Source: Hyphomicrobiaceae bacterium
GTDB taxonomy: Bacteria; Pseudomonadota; Alphaproteobacteria; Rhizobiales; Hyphomicrobiaceae
Reading direction: 5' to 3'
Length of the DNA stretch: 64,000 nt
Assembly (NCBI GenBank): GCA_033812735.1
Contig: JAPXTA010000001.1
Coordinates: 22,810 to 86,809 of the forward strand
Part shown: in pieces, positions 1 through 9,997 of the stretch
Numbering within the stretch: the stretch's first letter is position 1
How the letters are laid out: every line of letters starts with the position of its first letter
Position numbers and translations under genes: made by a program
Notes under the pieces: model-generated
What the model was told of the DNA's origin: nothing
The model's input: the letters and a program-made list of their open reading frames with translations, nothing else
Databases searched by the model: none

Positions 1-171
1 TCGAGGCGGTAGCGGGCGCATGCGGGTACTGCCGGGCCAGTCGCCCGAAGGCTCGCATACCAGCGCCGATCATCGTGCGCTCCCGAACCAGCAGAGTACG
101 CAATTCCGCCCTCGAATCGATGTAACCATATGCCATTGGGCCATCAGGCCATTGGTCGCATTGAGGGTTGA

Positions 172-3100
172 ATGCGCATCACCGCCAAACGCATCGCCAG
201 CTGGGCCGGAACGAGCGCCGCCCCGGTAGAGCTGCCGCGCCTCATTCGTCGCCTAGTGCACGCAACGACCACACTGCAATCGGCGGCGATGCCAGCCGGC
301 GAGGCCGTCAATCTGCCGGGCTGGGATGGTACTACCGAGTCGGAAGAAGGCTCGGCTCGGGTGCCATGCGGCGTCACCTTCTGGGAATTGTCATGCGAGG
401 AGAAAGTCTCGCGGAAGGCAACAAAGGACTTTGAAAAGCGGACAGGCCAGACTGCTGCTGATCGTCGAGCCGAGTGCACCTTCGTTTTCGTCTCAGCTCG
501 ACGCTGGCCCGGCAAGGACGCCTGGGCAGCAGAGCATGGCCGCAGTTCCGGCTGGAAGGCCGTCCGCGCGTACGACGCAGCAACCATCGAGGAGTGGCTT
601 GAGGAAGCGCCGGGCGTGGCACTGGCTTTTGCGGAGGAGTTGGGCGATGTCGGTCCCGGTGTCGAAACACCCGGCCGCTTCTGGTCGACATGGTCCAACT
701 CGGCAGCGCCCACCATCACGATGGAGGCATGCAAGGAAGGGCGTGCCGAGGTCGCCGATCGTATTGCGACAACCATCAAGGAACGCAGCGACGGCCGCAT
801 GACGGCTCCCATCTCTGTGAGGGCGGACACTGCCGAGGAAGCGGCCGCCTTCGCTTGCGCTGTCGTCCAATCCCTGCCCGACCTCGCCATCCAGTCGCTG
901 GTCGTGACCACCATTGATGGCTGGCGATACGTGGAGAAGCACGAGAGCGTGAAGGTCGCTATCGCCTCTGCGCCCGAGTTGGCGGTGCGCGTGCCGAAGC
1001 GGGAAGGGTTGGTCGTGGTCATCCCTTACGGTGCGAGTGACATGGCCGCCCACTTCCGCGGAGCGTCTAGCGACACCGAAGCCACGGAGATCGTCCTCGA
1101 CCGCCCCATGCGATCTGAGTTCGCCAAGGCACTGCAGAAGCTCGGAGTGGATGAGGCCGAGTCCAACCGGCTCGCAGCTCAGGTTGGACGATCTTGGTCG
1201 ATCTATCGTCGTCGGTGCGCGGTAAGCCCGGCGGTGCGAGTTCCGCGATGGCTCGACTCCGAAGCCGCCTGGGTGCTGTCGACTGTATGCCTCGCTGGCG
1301 GATGGAAGTCGGACAGGCCGGGCGATCGCGATGTCATCGCTCGCATTGCTGGCGAGCCTTACACTGCCGTGGAGAAGGCGCTGATTGGTTTGTCTCGCCT
1401 CGACGACGCACCCGTTGTCCGGATCGGCACCGTATGGAAGGCCAAGGCGTCTCTTGAACTCCTTGATCTTTTCGCCGAGCGCATCACCCACGACGAGTTG
1501 GACCGCTACTTGGCGGAAACCGCTGCCATATTGAACGCCCCCGATCCGGCTCTCGAGCTGGAGCCGGAGAAGCGCGGTGCAGCAGAAATCTACGGCAAGA
1601 CGCGAGCTCAGTCGGGTCTGCTGATCGAGTCCCTGGCCGACAGCCTGATCAAGTTGGTAGTGCGCGGCGAGGAGATGCCGGGGCTCGACAGTCTCAACCT
1701 GACGAGTCGGGTCGATCTGGTAGTGCGCGACCTCCTTCGTGACGCCGACACCACGCGCTGGCTGTCGTTGGCCGGCCTAATGCGACCGCTCGCTGAGGCC
1801 GCACCGAAAGAGTTCCTGACGGCTGTAGAGCGCAGCTTGGCCAGGAGTGATCAACCGATCGCAGCGCTGTTCGTCGCCAACGACGACCGCGACTATTTCG
1901 CACGTTCTTACCATGTCGATCTGCTATGGGCGCTCGAGCTGCTGGCTTGGTCGCCGAGCAGGTTCATGCGTGTCGTCCGGATACTGGCGCAGTTGTCGAA
2001 ATTGACGCTCCCTGAGCGGCTCGGCAATCGACCGAGCGAGAGCCTTCTGGGGCTGTTCCGCACTTGGCTGCCGCAGACGGCGGCCCCGATCGAGCAGCGG
2101 ATCGAGGCTCTGAAATGGCTGGCGACCGCCGAGCCGGAAGTTGCCTCCAAGATCGTGGACAAGTTGGTCTATCGGGGAAGCGATGTCGGAAGCCACGGCG
2201 CGCGACCTCACTGGCGCAGCGACGACGCCGGTCACGGCCGCGCTATTCCTCAAAAAGACAGGGTCGCGATGCTCATCACGGCCGCCGATCTCCAGATCGA
2301 GCTGGCTCGCGGCCATGTCGAGAGCCTGACCCGCCTGATCGAAAAGGTGGAGGCTTTCGACAAGCCGAGGATCGGCCGCATTCTCGACGCCGTGCAGGAG
2401 TTCGGCCGCAGGGCCAACGATACCGATCGGGAGAGTGTCTGGAGTAGCTTGCGCAAGCGGATCAATTGGCACCAGCAGCGGCGAGAACATCGGTCGGAAA
2501 GGTTGCCTCCTTATCATGCACGCATGGTCAAGCTCTATGTCGAAATCGCGCCGTCAGACCTTGTGGTGCGCCATCGCTGGCTGTTTCGCGACGGCTGGCC
2601 GGAGCCGCCGATCCGACGGTGGAAGGCTGATGTGGATGAACGCACAGAGGTTGTCGAAGCGGAGCGACTGAGGGCGCTGAAGCAGCTACTTGCGGCCGAA
2701 GGGCTGTACGGCGCCGAGCGGTTGGCCGCCGCGGCGCCCGGATACGGTTATGTCGGCAACGTCCTCGCTAAATCGCGGATCAAACTTTCTGCGGTGCGGT
2801 CTTGGTTGATGGACCGGATCGTCGACGCAGCCTCTGGTGACCAGATATACGATTTGATGTTCGGCCTCCTCCGCGCCCTTCCATCGCCGGACGCAATCTC
2901 ACTAATGCGGGAATTGGGCGAGCAGTTGCGCGCGGTGGGGCATAGTAGTGAGCGGATCGCTGCGGTGCTGGCGTCCGGACCTGTGCAGAGGCCCACCTGG
3001 GATTTGGCAGCAGAGTTCGGTACCGAAGTCGAGACTGCCTACTGGAAGCGTTGCAACCCGAACATGTGGGTGCGCGCGGGTGAGGCCGATTTCGAGTTTG

Positions 3101-3972
3101 TTGTCCGCAAGCTGTGCGCCGTCAGCCGACCGTGCACGGCGCTGTTGCTCGGGCACTTCGAGATCAAGAAGATGGACAGCCAACTTCTTCTCGATGTCCT
3201 TGAACAGTTTTCGCGTGAGCCGGAGACAGATGGACCCCGTCTCAGTTCGTGGGATATTCGCGAGGCTATCGATCATCTTGAGGCCACTCCCGGCATGGAT
3301 AGGCATCGTCTGGCGCGCTTGGAGTTTCGCCTGTTCAATGCGCTTGGGCATGAAGGCGGCCGCCACGCCAAATCGCTCTATGCTGAGATCACCAGCAATC
3401 CGCGCGTGTTCGCCGATTTCATCTCGATGGTTTTCAAACCACGCTCGCGGACCGAGGAGCCGGAGCTAAGTGAGCGAGAGCGTGAGTTGGCCGGGCATGC
3501 TTGGCGCATCTTGAATGATTGCGAGACGATGCCCGGAACGGCGCACGACGGTACGTTCGACCCAGCGGCGTTCAAGTCGTTCATCATCGAGGCTCGGCGA
3601 CTGTGCGCCGAAGCTGACCGGCTGGGGTCATGCGACTCCGTGCTTGGGCAAATATTGTCGCACGCGCCGGCCGACGGGGATGGCGTCTGGCCGTTCGGTC
3701 CCGCCCGCGATGCGCTGGATAATCCCGATCACGAGCGGATGCGCGAAGGCTTCGAGGTGGGCACTCATAACAACCGTGGCGTTGTTACTAAAGCCTACGC
3801 AGAAGGAGGTGGGCAGGAGCGGAATCTCGCTGGCCGTTATCGGAAACATGCGTCGGCCCTGCACAATTCACATCCACTCGTCGCCGCTATGCTGGAGAGG
3901 ATTGCCGAAGGATATGATCTCGACGGTAAGCGTGAGGACGATAGGGCGCGAATGATGATTGAACGCGGGTAG
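172..3972 (+). CDS. Large (1266 aa) hypothetical protein. It has a possible PD-(D/E)xK-like N-terminal domain and a long helical body.
   Basis: It is the longest ORF in the region, with an ATG preceded by GAGGG. The overlapping ORFs in other frames are Arg/Pro/Ser-rich shadows. The N-terminus shows PGWDG ... FWELSCEEK, a D ... E-x-K-like pattern. I recognise no Walker A/B or other catalytic motif. Confidence 0.6.
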   Translation: MRITAKRIASWAGTSAAPVELPRLIRRLVHATTTLQSAAMPAGEAVNLPGWDGTTESEEGSARVPCGVTFWELSCEEKVSRKATKDFEKRTGQTAADRRAECTFVFVSARRWPGKDAWAAEHGRSSGWKAVRAYDAATIEEWLEEAPGVALAFAEELGDVGPGVETPGRFWSTWSNSAAPTITMEACKEGRAEVADRIATTIKERSDGRMTAPISVRADTAEEAAAFACAVVQSLPDLAIQSLVVTTIDGWRYVEKHESVKVAIASAPELAVRVPKREGLVVVIPYGASDMAAHFRGASSDTEATEIVLDRPMRSEFAKALQKLGVDEAESNRLAAQVGRSWSIYRRRCAVSPAVRVPRWLDSEAAWVLSTVCLAGGWKSDRPGDRDVIARIAGEPYTAVEKALIGLSRLDDAPVVRIGTVWKAKASLELLDLFAERITHDELDRYLAETAAILNAPDPALELEPEKRGAAEIYGKTRAQSGLLIESLADSLIKLVVRGEEMPGLDSLNLTSRVDLVVRDLLRDADTTRWLSLAGLMRPLAEAAPKEFLTAVERSLARSDQPIAALFVANDDRDYFARSYHVDLLWALELLAWSPSRFMRVVRILAQLSKLTLPERLGNRPSESLLGLFRTWLPQTAAPIEQRIEALKWLATAEPEVASKIVDKLVYRGSDVGSHGARPHWRSDDAGHGRAIPQKDRVAMLITAADLQIELARGHVESLTRLIEKVEAFDKPRIGRILDAVQEFGRRANDTDRESVWSSLRKRINWHQQRREHRSERLPPYHARMVKLYVEIAPSDLVVRHRWLFRDGWPEPPIRRWKADVDERTEVVEAERLRALKQLLAAEGLYGAERLAAAAPGYGYVGNVLAKSRIKLSAVRSWLMDRIVDAASGDQIYDLMFGLLRALPSPDAISLMRELGEQLRAVGHSSERIAAVLASGPVQRPTWDLAAEFGTEVETAYWKRCNPNMWVRAGEADFEFVVRKLCAVSRPCTALLLGHFEIKKMDSQLLLDVLEQFSREPETDGPRLSSWDIREAIDHLEATPGMDRHRLARLEFRLFNALGHEGGRHAKSLYAEITSNPRVFADFISMVFKPRSRTEEPELSERERELAGHAWRILNDCETMPGTAHDGTFDPAAFKSFIIEARRLCAEADRLGSCDSVLGQILSHAPADGDGVWPFGPARDALDNPDHERMREGFEVGTHNNRGVVTKAYAEGGGQERNLAGRYRKHASALHNSHPLVAAMLERIAEGYDLDGKREDDRARMMIERG

Positions 3973-4058
3973 GCAGTCTTTGTAGCAGTGGCTTTGTAGT
4001 AGAGAACGCTGAGTTTTCAGGTAAACTACTTGCCCAACGTTCCACCTTCGGTTCGACC

Positions 4059-5783
4059 ATGCCCGCCACCACCAAGCCCCTCCGCGCCGTCGACTACCTG
4101 CGCTACAGTACCGACCTGCAGAGCCCGACGAGCATCGAGGATCAGGCGCGCATCTGCCAGGAGCGCATGCAGCGCGAGGGGTGGCGGTACGTGCGATCCT
4201 ACCAGGACCGAGCGATGTCCAGTGCGTCCCGCTGGCGCCCTGATTTCCAGCAGCTCATCGATGATGCGCGGCGCGGGCAGTTCGACGTGCTCGTAGCCGA
4301 GGCGCTGGACCGCCTGAGCCGCGACCAGGAGGATCTTGCGCATCTCTACAAGCAGCTCGCCTTCTCCGACGTGCGGATCTTTACGTTGAGCGAGGGGTGG
4401 ATCAGCGAAATCAACGTTGGCATGTCTGGTACCATGGGCGCGGTGATGCTCAAGCAGCTCGCCGAGAAAACGCGGCGCGGATTGCGCGGCCGGGTCGAAG
4501 CCGGGCGCTCGGGCGGCGGCAACTCGTATGGCTACGATGTCGTCCGCAAGTACAAGGCCGATGGTGAGAGCGATCGCGGCCTGCGCACGATCAACGCGCA
4601 ACAGGCAGCGGTGATCGTTGAGATCATGTCCGACTTCGCCGCCGGGAAGTCGCCGCGCGCGATCGCAAAGGCGCTCAATGCCTGTGGCGTGGCAGGTCCG
4701 TCTGGCGGCACGTGGTGCCCGGCGGCGATCAACGGCAACGCGGAGCGCGGCACAGGCATCCTCAACAATGAGATGTACATCGGCCGCCTCATCTGGAACC
4801 GGCTGCGCTACATGCGAAACCCTTCTACAGGGAAGCGTCAGTCGCGGCTCAATCCGCCAGAGGACTGGATCATCAAGGACGTGCCTGAGCTGCGGATCGT
4901 CACGCAGGAACTGTGGGACGGTGTGAAGGCACGACAGGCGGCGACGGCCAAGAACACGCGACCCGACAAGGCGAAAGGCGATGGCAACGGCCGTCCGATG
5001 TTCTGGGAGCAGCAGCGGCCGCGGTACCTGTTGTCCGGCCTGATGAAGTGTGGCTGCTGTGGCGCAAACTTCACGAAGTATGGCGCGAGCCGCTTCGCTT
5101 GCGCCGGCTCGCGTGATCGCGGCACATGCTCGAACAAGCTGACAATCCGCGGCGACGTGCTCGAGGCGGCGATCCTGGCCGGTCTGCAGACCCGCCTGAT
5201 GGAGCCGGCGCGGTTCGAGAAGTTCGCGGCCGACTTCGTCGCCGAGACGAACCGGCAGCGCATGTCGGCATCAGCCGCTAAGGCCGGCAAAGAGGCGGCG
5301 CTGGCCAAGCTCGAGCGCCAGATCAAGCGGCTCGTCGACGCGATCGCCGACGGGGCCGATGCGATGCCCCTCAACGGCAAGCTCAAGGAGTCGGATGCCG
5401 AGCGCGCGCGCCTGGCCGCCGAACTGGAGGCGGCGCCTGACGAGAAGCCGCTCATCCACCCCGCTATGGCCATTGCCTATCGCGAGCGTGTCGCCGCCTT
5501 GGCCCAGGCACTCTACGACGAGGAGTTTGGTAGGGAAGCCTTCGAACGGCTTCGCGCGATGGTCGAGGTAGTCGTGTTGACGCCGATGGACGGCCATCTG
5601 GCCATCGAGCTTCGTGGTGAGCTTGCGGGCATTCTGCGCGTTGCCGAGAATGATGAGCAACTTACTGATCTTGCTCAGAAAAACTCGCTGCAAATCAAGG
5701 TGGTTGCGGGGGCTGGATTAAGCTTTTGCAGTCCTGGCCTCGAATGCGGTTTCTGGCATGACCAGGTTTGGGGGATTGGTTGA
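4059..5783 (+). CDS. Large serine recombinase
   Basis: It has YLRYSTDLQ (catalytic Ser), LDRLSRD, and a recombinase domain containing SYGYDVV. It also has the Zn-ribbon Cys cluster CGCCGANFTKYGASRFACAGSRDRGTCSN and a coiled-coil tail. It is a clear paralogue of the ORF at 61598-63265. Confidence 0.9.
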   Translation: MPATTKPLRAVDYLRYSTDLQSPTSIEDQARICQERMQREGWRYVRSYQDRAMSSASRWRPDFQQLIDDARRGQFDVLVAEALDRLSRDQEDLAHLYKQLAFSDVRIFTLSEGWISEINVGMSGTMGAVMLKQLAEKTRRGLRGRVEAGRSGGGNSYGYDVVRKYKADGESDRGLRTINAQQAAVIVEIMSDFAAGKSPRAIAKALNACGVAGPSGGTWCPAAINGNAERGTGILNNEMYIGRLIWNRLRYMRNPSTGKRQSRLNPPEDWIIKDVPELRIVTQELWDGVKARQAATAKNTRPDKAKGDGNGRPMFWEQQRPRYLLSGLMKCGCCGANFTKYGASRFACAGSRDRGTCSNKLTIRGDVLEAAILAGLQTRLMEPARFEKFAADFVAETNRQRMSASAAKAGKEAALAKLERQIKRLVDAIADGADAMPLNGKLKESDAERARLAAELEAAPDEKPLIHPAMAIAYRERVAALAQALYDEEFGREAFERLRAMVEVVVLTPMDGHLAIELRGELAGILRVAENDEQLTDLAQKNSLQIKVVAGAGLSFCSPGLECGFWHDQVWGIG

Positions 5784-6064
5784 GCCGAGGGGCGCTGGAC
5801 CAAACCTAGTCGCAGTCATTTCAATCTCTTAGATCGGCTGCGTCACTGAATGTGGCACACCTCTGTGGCGCAATCTCCAAGCTTGCCGCAGGTCCTGCGT
5901 GGCACGTGTAGGCCGGAAACTCAATGTCCGACGGGATGGCTCGGCTTCCGGTGCCTGGAATATCCCGCGCCTGTTGAACAGTCAGGCTCATTCGCTCGCA
6001 ACGAGCATCGCTCTGAGGTATCACCGACCAAGGATCATGGTTCAATGGGGGCGCCGCCGCGGGG

Positions 6065-8440
6065 ATGGCGAACGAAGCCGATACGTGCCGGAAGCTGGTC
6101 ACTCCCAAACTGCAGGCGGCAGGGTGGGATGCGGACCCTCATGTGCTCGGTGAACAGCGCTACATCACGGATGGGCGGATCATCCCCGTAGGCCTGCGCT
6201 ACAAACGCAAAGCGCCGAAGAAGGTCGACTATTTGCTGGGGTACCGGCGGGATACGCCGCTTGCCGTGGTCGAGGCCAAAGCGAGCGACCGGCCGGCGGC
6301 CGAAGGGCTGCAGCAGGCCAAAGACTATGCGGCCATGCTGGGCCTCAAATTCGCATACGCGACCAACGGGCTCGAGATCATCGAGTTCGACTTCACGACC
6401 GGGGTCGAGCGTAGCATCACCGACTACCCGCAGCCGGAAACGTTGTGGCGCCGCTACTGCGGGGCGGTTGGCATCGACACCCCGGAGACGCAAGAGCGCC
6501 TGCTTTCGCCTTACAATCTCACACTGGGCAAGCCGCCGCGCTACTACCAGACGATCGCAATCAATCGGACGGTCGAAGAGATCCTCAAGGGCCGGGATCG
6601 GTTGCTGCTGACGATGGCGACGGGCACCGGCAAGACCACGACGGCCTTCCAGATCTGCTGGAAGCTCTGGTCGTCGCGCTGGAATCGTAAAAGCGAGCAT
6701 CGCCGGCCGAAGATTCTGTTTCTCGCTGATCGCAACTTCCTGGTGGACGGCCCGCGAACGAAGGACTTCGCGCCCCTCAAGGACGCCATTCACAAGATCG
6801 GAGAGGGCGAGGTCTCACTCGGCCGCGAGATGTATTTCGGCATCTATCAGGCGCTTGCCGAGGACGAGCGCCGTGAGGGGCTGTTTCGGCAATTCCCGCC
6901 GGACTTCTTCGATCTCGTCATCATCGACGAGTGTCATCGCGGCAGCGCGCGCTTGGACAGCGCATGGCGCGCGATCCTCGATTATTTCGCGCCGGCCGTG
7001 AAGCTGGGCCTCACGGCCACGCCACGTTCGGATGAGAGCGCCGACACCTACGGCTACTTCGGCGAGCCGATTTACACCTATAGCCTGCGGCAGGGGATCG
7101 AGGACGGGTTCCTCGCACCTTATCGCGTCCATCGTGTGGTGTCGGAGTGGGATGCGGCGGGATGGCGTCCGACCAAGGATTTGCTCGACCGCTACGGGCG
7201 TCCGGTCCCCGACGAGGAATATCAGACGAAAGACTTCGAAAAGACCGTCGCGCTTCGTGCCCGCACGCAGGCGATTGCCAAGCACCTCCACGAGTTCATG
7301 GCCAAGACCGATCCGCTGGCCAAGACGATCGTGTTCTGCGTCGACCAAGAGCACGCGCTCGATATGGCCCGTGAGCTCGGCAATCTCAATGCCGAGGCGC
7401 GCCGTAGCCGGCCGAACTTCGTGTGCCGGGTGACGGCGGATGAGGGCGAGCGCGGGCAAGCGCATCGCGAGAAGTTCGAGGACGTGGAGCTGCGTGACGA
7501 TTCACCCGTCATCCTGACGACATCGCAGCTGCTGACGACGGGCCTCGATGCGCCAACGGTCAAGAACGTCGTGCTGGCCCGCGTCGTCGGGTCGATGAGC
7601 GAGTTCAAGCAGATCATCGGACGAGGCACCCGTGTGCGGGCGGAGTATGACAAGCTCTGGTTCAACATCATCGATTACACCGGCACGGCGACCGCCAAGT
7701 TCGCGGACCCCGAGTTCGACGGCGATCCGGTGCGCGAAGATGTGACGGATATCGGCGATCCCGTCGCCCAGCCGGAGCCGCCGGAACCGCAGGATAGCTG
7801 CGACATCCCCGAGGATGATGGTGAAGGCGGCGGCGTCATCGAGCCCGATGCACCGGATGTGCCGCGCAAGCTCTATGTGGATGGCGGGGAGGTTCGCATC
7901 ATCCATCACCAAGTCCAGGAGATCGATCCAGCCGGACACGTTCTACGAACGACGCGCTATGAGGACTATGCCGGCGATCGCGTGCGGGTGTTGTGCCCGA
8001 CCGTGTTCGACCTGATGTCGAAATGGGCCGATCCGGCGCAGCGCTCTGAGATCATCCAGCGCCTCAAGGATGAGGGCGTCGAAATCGACGCTGTGATGGA
8101 AGCGACGCGGCAGCCCGAGGCTGATCCATTCGACCTGTTGTGCCATCTCGCCTTCAACGCGCCGCTGCGGACGCGGCGGGAGCGTGCCCGAATGCTGCGC
8201 TCCCGGCGCAAGGACTTCTTCGAGCAGCACGGACCGAAGGCGCGTCAAATTTTGTCGGACCTTTTGGACAAGTACGCCGATCACGGTGACGCACAGTTCG
8301 AGATCCCGGAGATCTTCGACGTCTCGCCGCTCGCCGAGCACGGCACTTTCGATGAAATCGCCCACGCATTCGGCGGGCCGGAGAAGCTGGGTAGGGCCGT
8401 GCGCGATCTGCAGAGCCTGCTCTATCAGGAGACCGCCTGA
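6065..8440 (+). CDS. hsdR: Type I restriction enzyme, R subunit
   Basis: The N-terminus MANEADTCRKLVTPKLQAAGW is typical of HsdR. SF2 motifs are present: MATGTGKT, IIDECHRG, LGLTATP and QIIGRGTR. The gene lies directly upstream of hsdM/hsdS. Confidence 0.92.
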   Translation: MANEADTCRKLVTPKLQAAGWDADPHVLGEQRYITDGRIIPVGLRYKRKAPKKVDYLLGYRRDTPLAVVEAKASDRPAAEGLQQAKDYAAMLGLKFAYATNGLEIIEFDFTTGVERSITDYPQPETLWRRYCGAVGIDTPETQERLLSPYNLTLGKPPRYYQTIAINRTVEEILKGRDRLLLTMATGTGKTTTAFQICWKLWSSRWNRKSEHRRPKILFLADRNFLVDGPRTKDFAPLKDAIHKIGEGEVSLGREMYFGIYQALAEDERREGLFRQFPPDFFDLVIIDECHRGSARLDSAWRAILDYFAPAVKLGLTATPRSDESADTYGYFGEPIYTYSLRQGIEDGFLAPYRVHRVVSEWDAAGWRPTKDLLDRYGRPVPDEEYQTKDFEKTVALRARTQAIAKHLHEFMAKTDPLAKTIVFCVDQEHALDMARELGNLNAEARRSRPNFVCRVTADEGERGQAHREKFEDVELRDDSPVILTTSQLLTTGLDAPTVKNVVLARVVGSMSEFKQIIGRGTRVRAEYDKLWFNIIDYTGTATAKFADPEFDGDPVREDVTDIGDPVAQPEPPEPQDSCDIPEDDGEGGGVIEPDAPDVPRKLYVDGGEVRIIHHQVQEIDPAGHVLRTTRYEDYAGDRVRVLCPTVFDLMSKWADPAQRSEIIQRLKDEGVEIDAVMEATRQPEADPFDLLCHLAFNAPLRTRRERARMLRSRRKDFFEQHGPKARQILSDLLDKYADHGDAQFEIPEIFDVSPLAEHGTFDEIAHAFGGPEKLGRAVRDLQSLLYQETA

Positions 8441-8443
8441 CGC

Positions 8444-9997
8444 ATGGCACGCAAGCCCAAAGCAAACGGAGCCGCACCGACGACGTCGCAGTCGCTCGGC
8501 AGCCTGCTCAAATCTGCGCGCGATATCATGCGCAAGGACAAGGGGCTGAACGGCGACCTCGACCGGCTGCCAATGCTGACTTGGATCATGTTCCTGAAGT
8601 TCCTCGACGACCTCGAGGCGCAGCGCGAAGGCGTAGCGAAGGCGAAAGGCGAGCGCTTTCGGGCGGCGATCGAGGCGCCGTATCGCTGGCGGGACTGGGC
8701 GGCGAAGCGCGACGGCATCACGGGCGACGAGCTTCTGGCCTTCATCAATCAGGATAGCGCGGTGGCGCGGCCGGACGGCACCAAGGGGGCTGGCTTGTTC
8801 GCATATCTGCGCGCACTGACCGCCACGAATGGCGACAAGCGGCGCGACGTGATCGCCACGGTCTTCAAGGGCGTGCAGAACCGCATGATCAACGGCTATC
8901 TGCTGCGCGACCTGCTGAATAAGGTGGACGGTATCCACTTCACGGCCAGCGACGAGCTACACACGCTGGGCTCGCTCTATGAATCCATGCTCCGCGAGAT
9001 GCGCGATGCGGCTGGCGATTCCGGTGAGTTCTACACACCTCGCGCTGTCGTTCGTTTCATGGTGAAGGTGACGGACCCACGCCTTGGGGAGACGGCCCTC
9101 GATCCGGCGACGGGTACGGGTGGCTTTCTGGTGGAAGCCTTCGAGCATCTACGTGGGCAGGTGAAGACCGTTGCCGATCGACGCAAGTTGCAGTCGGGTT
9201 CATTGCTCGGTTGTGAGCCGAAGCCTCTGCCGTTCTTGCTTGGACAGATGAACCTCCTGCTGCACGGTCTCGATGCGCCGGAGATCGATCCGGGCAATGC
9301 TCTGCGCTTCAAACTGTCGGAGATCGGCGAGCGCGAGAGGGTTGACGTCATTCTGACCAACCCGCCATTCGGCGGCGAGGAAGAGAAAGGCATCCAGGGC
9401 AACTTTCCGCCCGATCGCCAGGCCTCGGAGACGGCGCTGCTGTTCCTGCAGCTCATCATGCGCAAGCTGAAGCGAACACCGAGCCTCAAGGGGCAGCATG
9501 CCCGCGCGGCCGTCGTCGTGCCGAACGGCACGCTGTTCGGCGATGGCGTGTGCGCCCGCATCAAGGAGGACCTGCTCAAGGAGTTTAATCTCCACACCAT
9601 CGTGCGTCTGCCGAACGGCGTCTTCGCGCCTTACACATCGATCCCGACCAACATCCTGTTCTTCGACAGGTCAGGACCGACGGAAAGCGTCTGGTACTAC
9701 GAGCAGCCGCTGCCCGAAGGACGACGTGGGTACACGAAAACTCAGCCGATGCAGATCGACGAATTGCAGCCATGCCTGGACTGGTGGGGCGCGCGTGACG
9801 AGAACGAGCGCGCATGGAAGGTTTCGGTCGGTGACCTTCTGGCAGCTGGATGCAATCTCGACCGCAAGAACCCGCGCGCGAAGGTCGACATTGAACACCT
9901 GCCGCCAGAACAGCTGGTTGACAGCATCATCGCCAAGGAATCCCGCATCGGCGAGCTGATGGCTGAGATCAAGGTCGCGCTGCAGGAGCGCGCGTGA
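8444..9997 (+). CDS. hsdM: Type I R-M N6-adenine DNA methyltransferase, M subunit
   Basis: It has the HsdM N-terminal signature LDRLPMLTWIMFLKFLDD, the SAM motif DPATGTGGFL and the catalytic motif LTNPPFGG. Confidence 0.95.
   Translation: MARKPKANGAAPTTSQSLGSLLKSARDIMRKDKGLNGDLDRLPMLTWIMFLKFLDDLEAQREGVAKAKGERFRAAIEAPYRWRDWAAKRDGITGDELLAFINQDSAVARPDGTKGAGLFAYLRALTATNGDKRRDVIATVFKGVQNRMINGYLLRDLLNKVDGIHFTASDELHTLGSLYESMLREMRDAAGDSGEFYTPRAVVRFMVKVTDPRLGETALDPATGTGGFLVEAFEHLRGQVKTVADRRKLQSGSLLGCEPKPLPFLLGQMNLLLHGLDAPEIDPGNALRFKLSEIGERERVDVILTNPPFGGEEEKGIQGNFPPDRQASETALLFLQLIMRKLKRTPSLKGQHARAAVVVPNGTLFGDGVCARIKEDLLKEFNLHTIVRLPNGVFAPYTSIPTNILFFDRSGPTESVWYYEQPLPEGRRGYTKTQPMQIDELQPCLDWWGARDENERAWKVSVGDLLAAGCNLDRKNPRAKVDIEHLPPEQLVDSIIAKESRIGELMAEIKVALQERA

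Noticed and set aside
144-1491. Minus-strand ORFs (144-1022, 493-1491) inside the 1266-aa gene
   Set aside because: They are shadow ORFs with low-complexity Ser/Arg/Ala/Pro-rich products, and the plus-strand ORF is continuous for 3.8 kb.
5784-6064. tRNA or att remnant downstream of the first serine recombinase (GGTTCAATGGGGGCGCC)
   Set aside because: Only a weak T-arm-like resemblance is present. I could build no cloverleaf or acceptor stem by eye.
6035-8938. Minus-strand ORFs 6035-6793, 6815-7465 and 7943-8938
   Set aside because: They are antisense to hsdR and hsdM, whose motifs are unambiguous.
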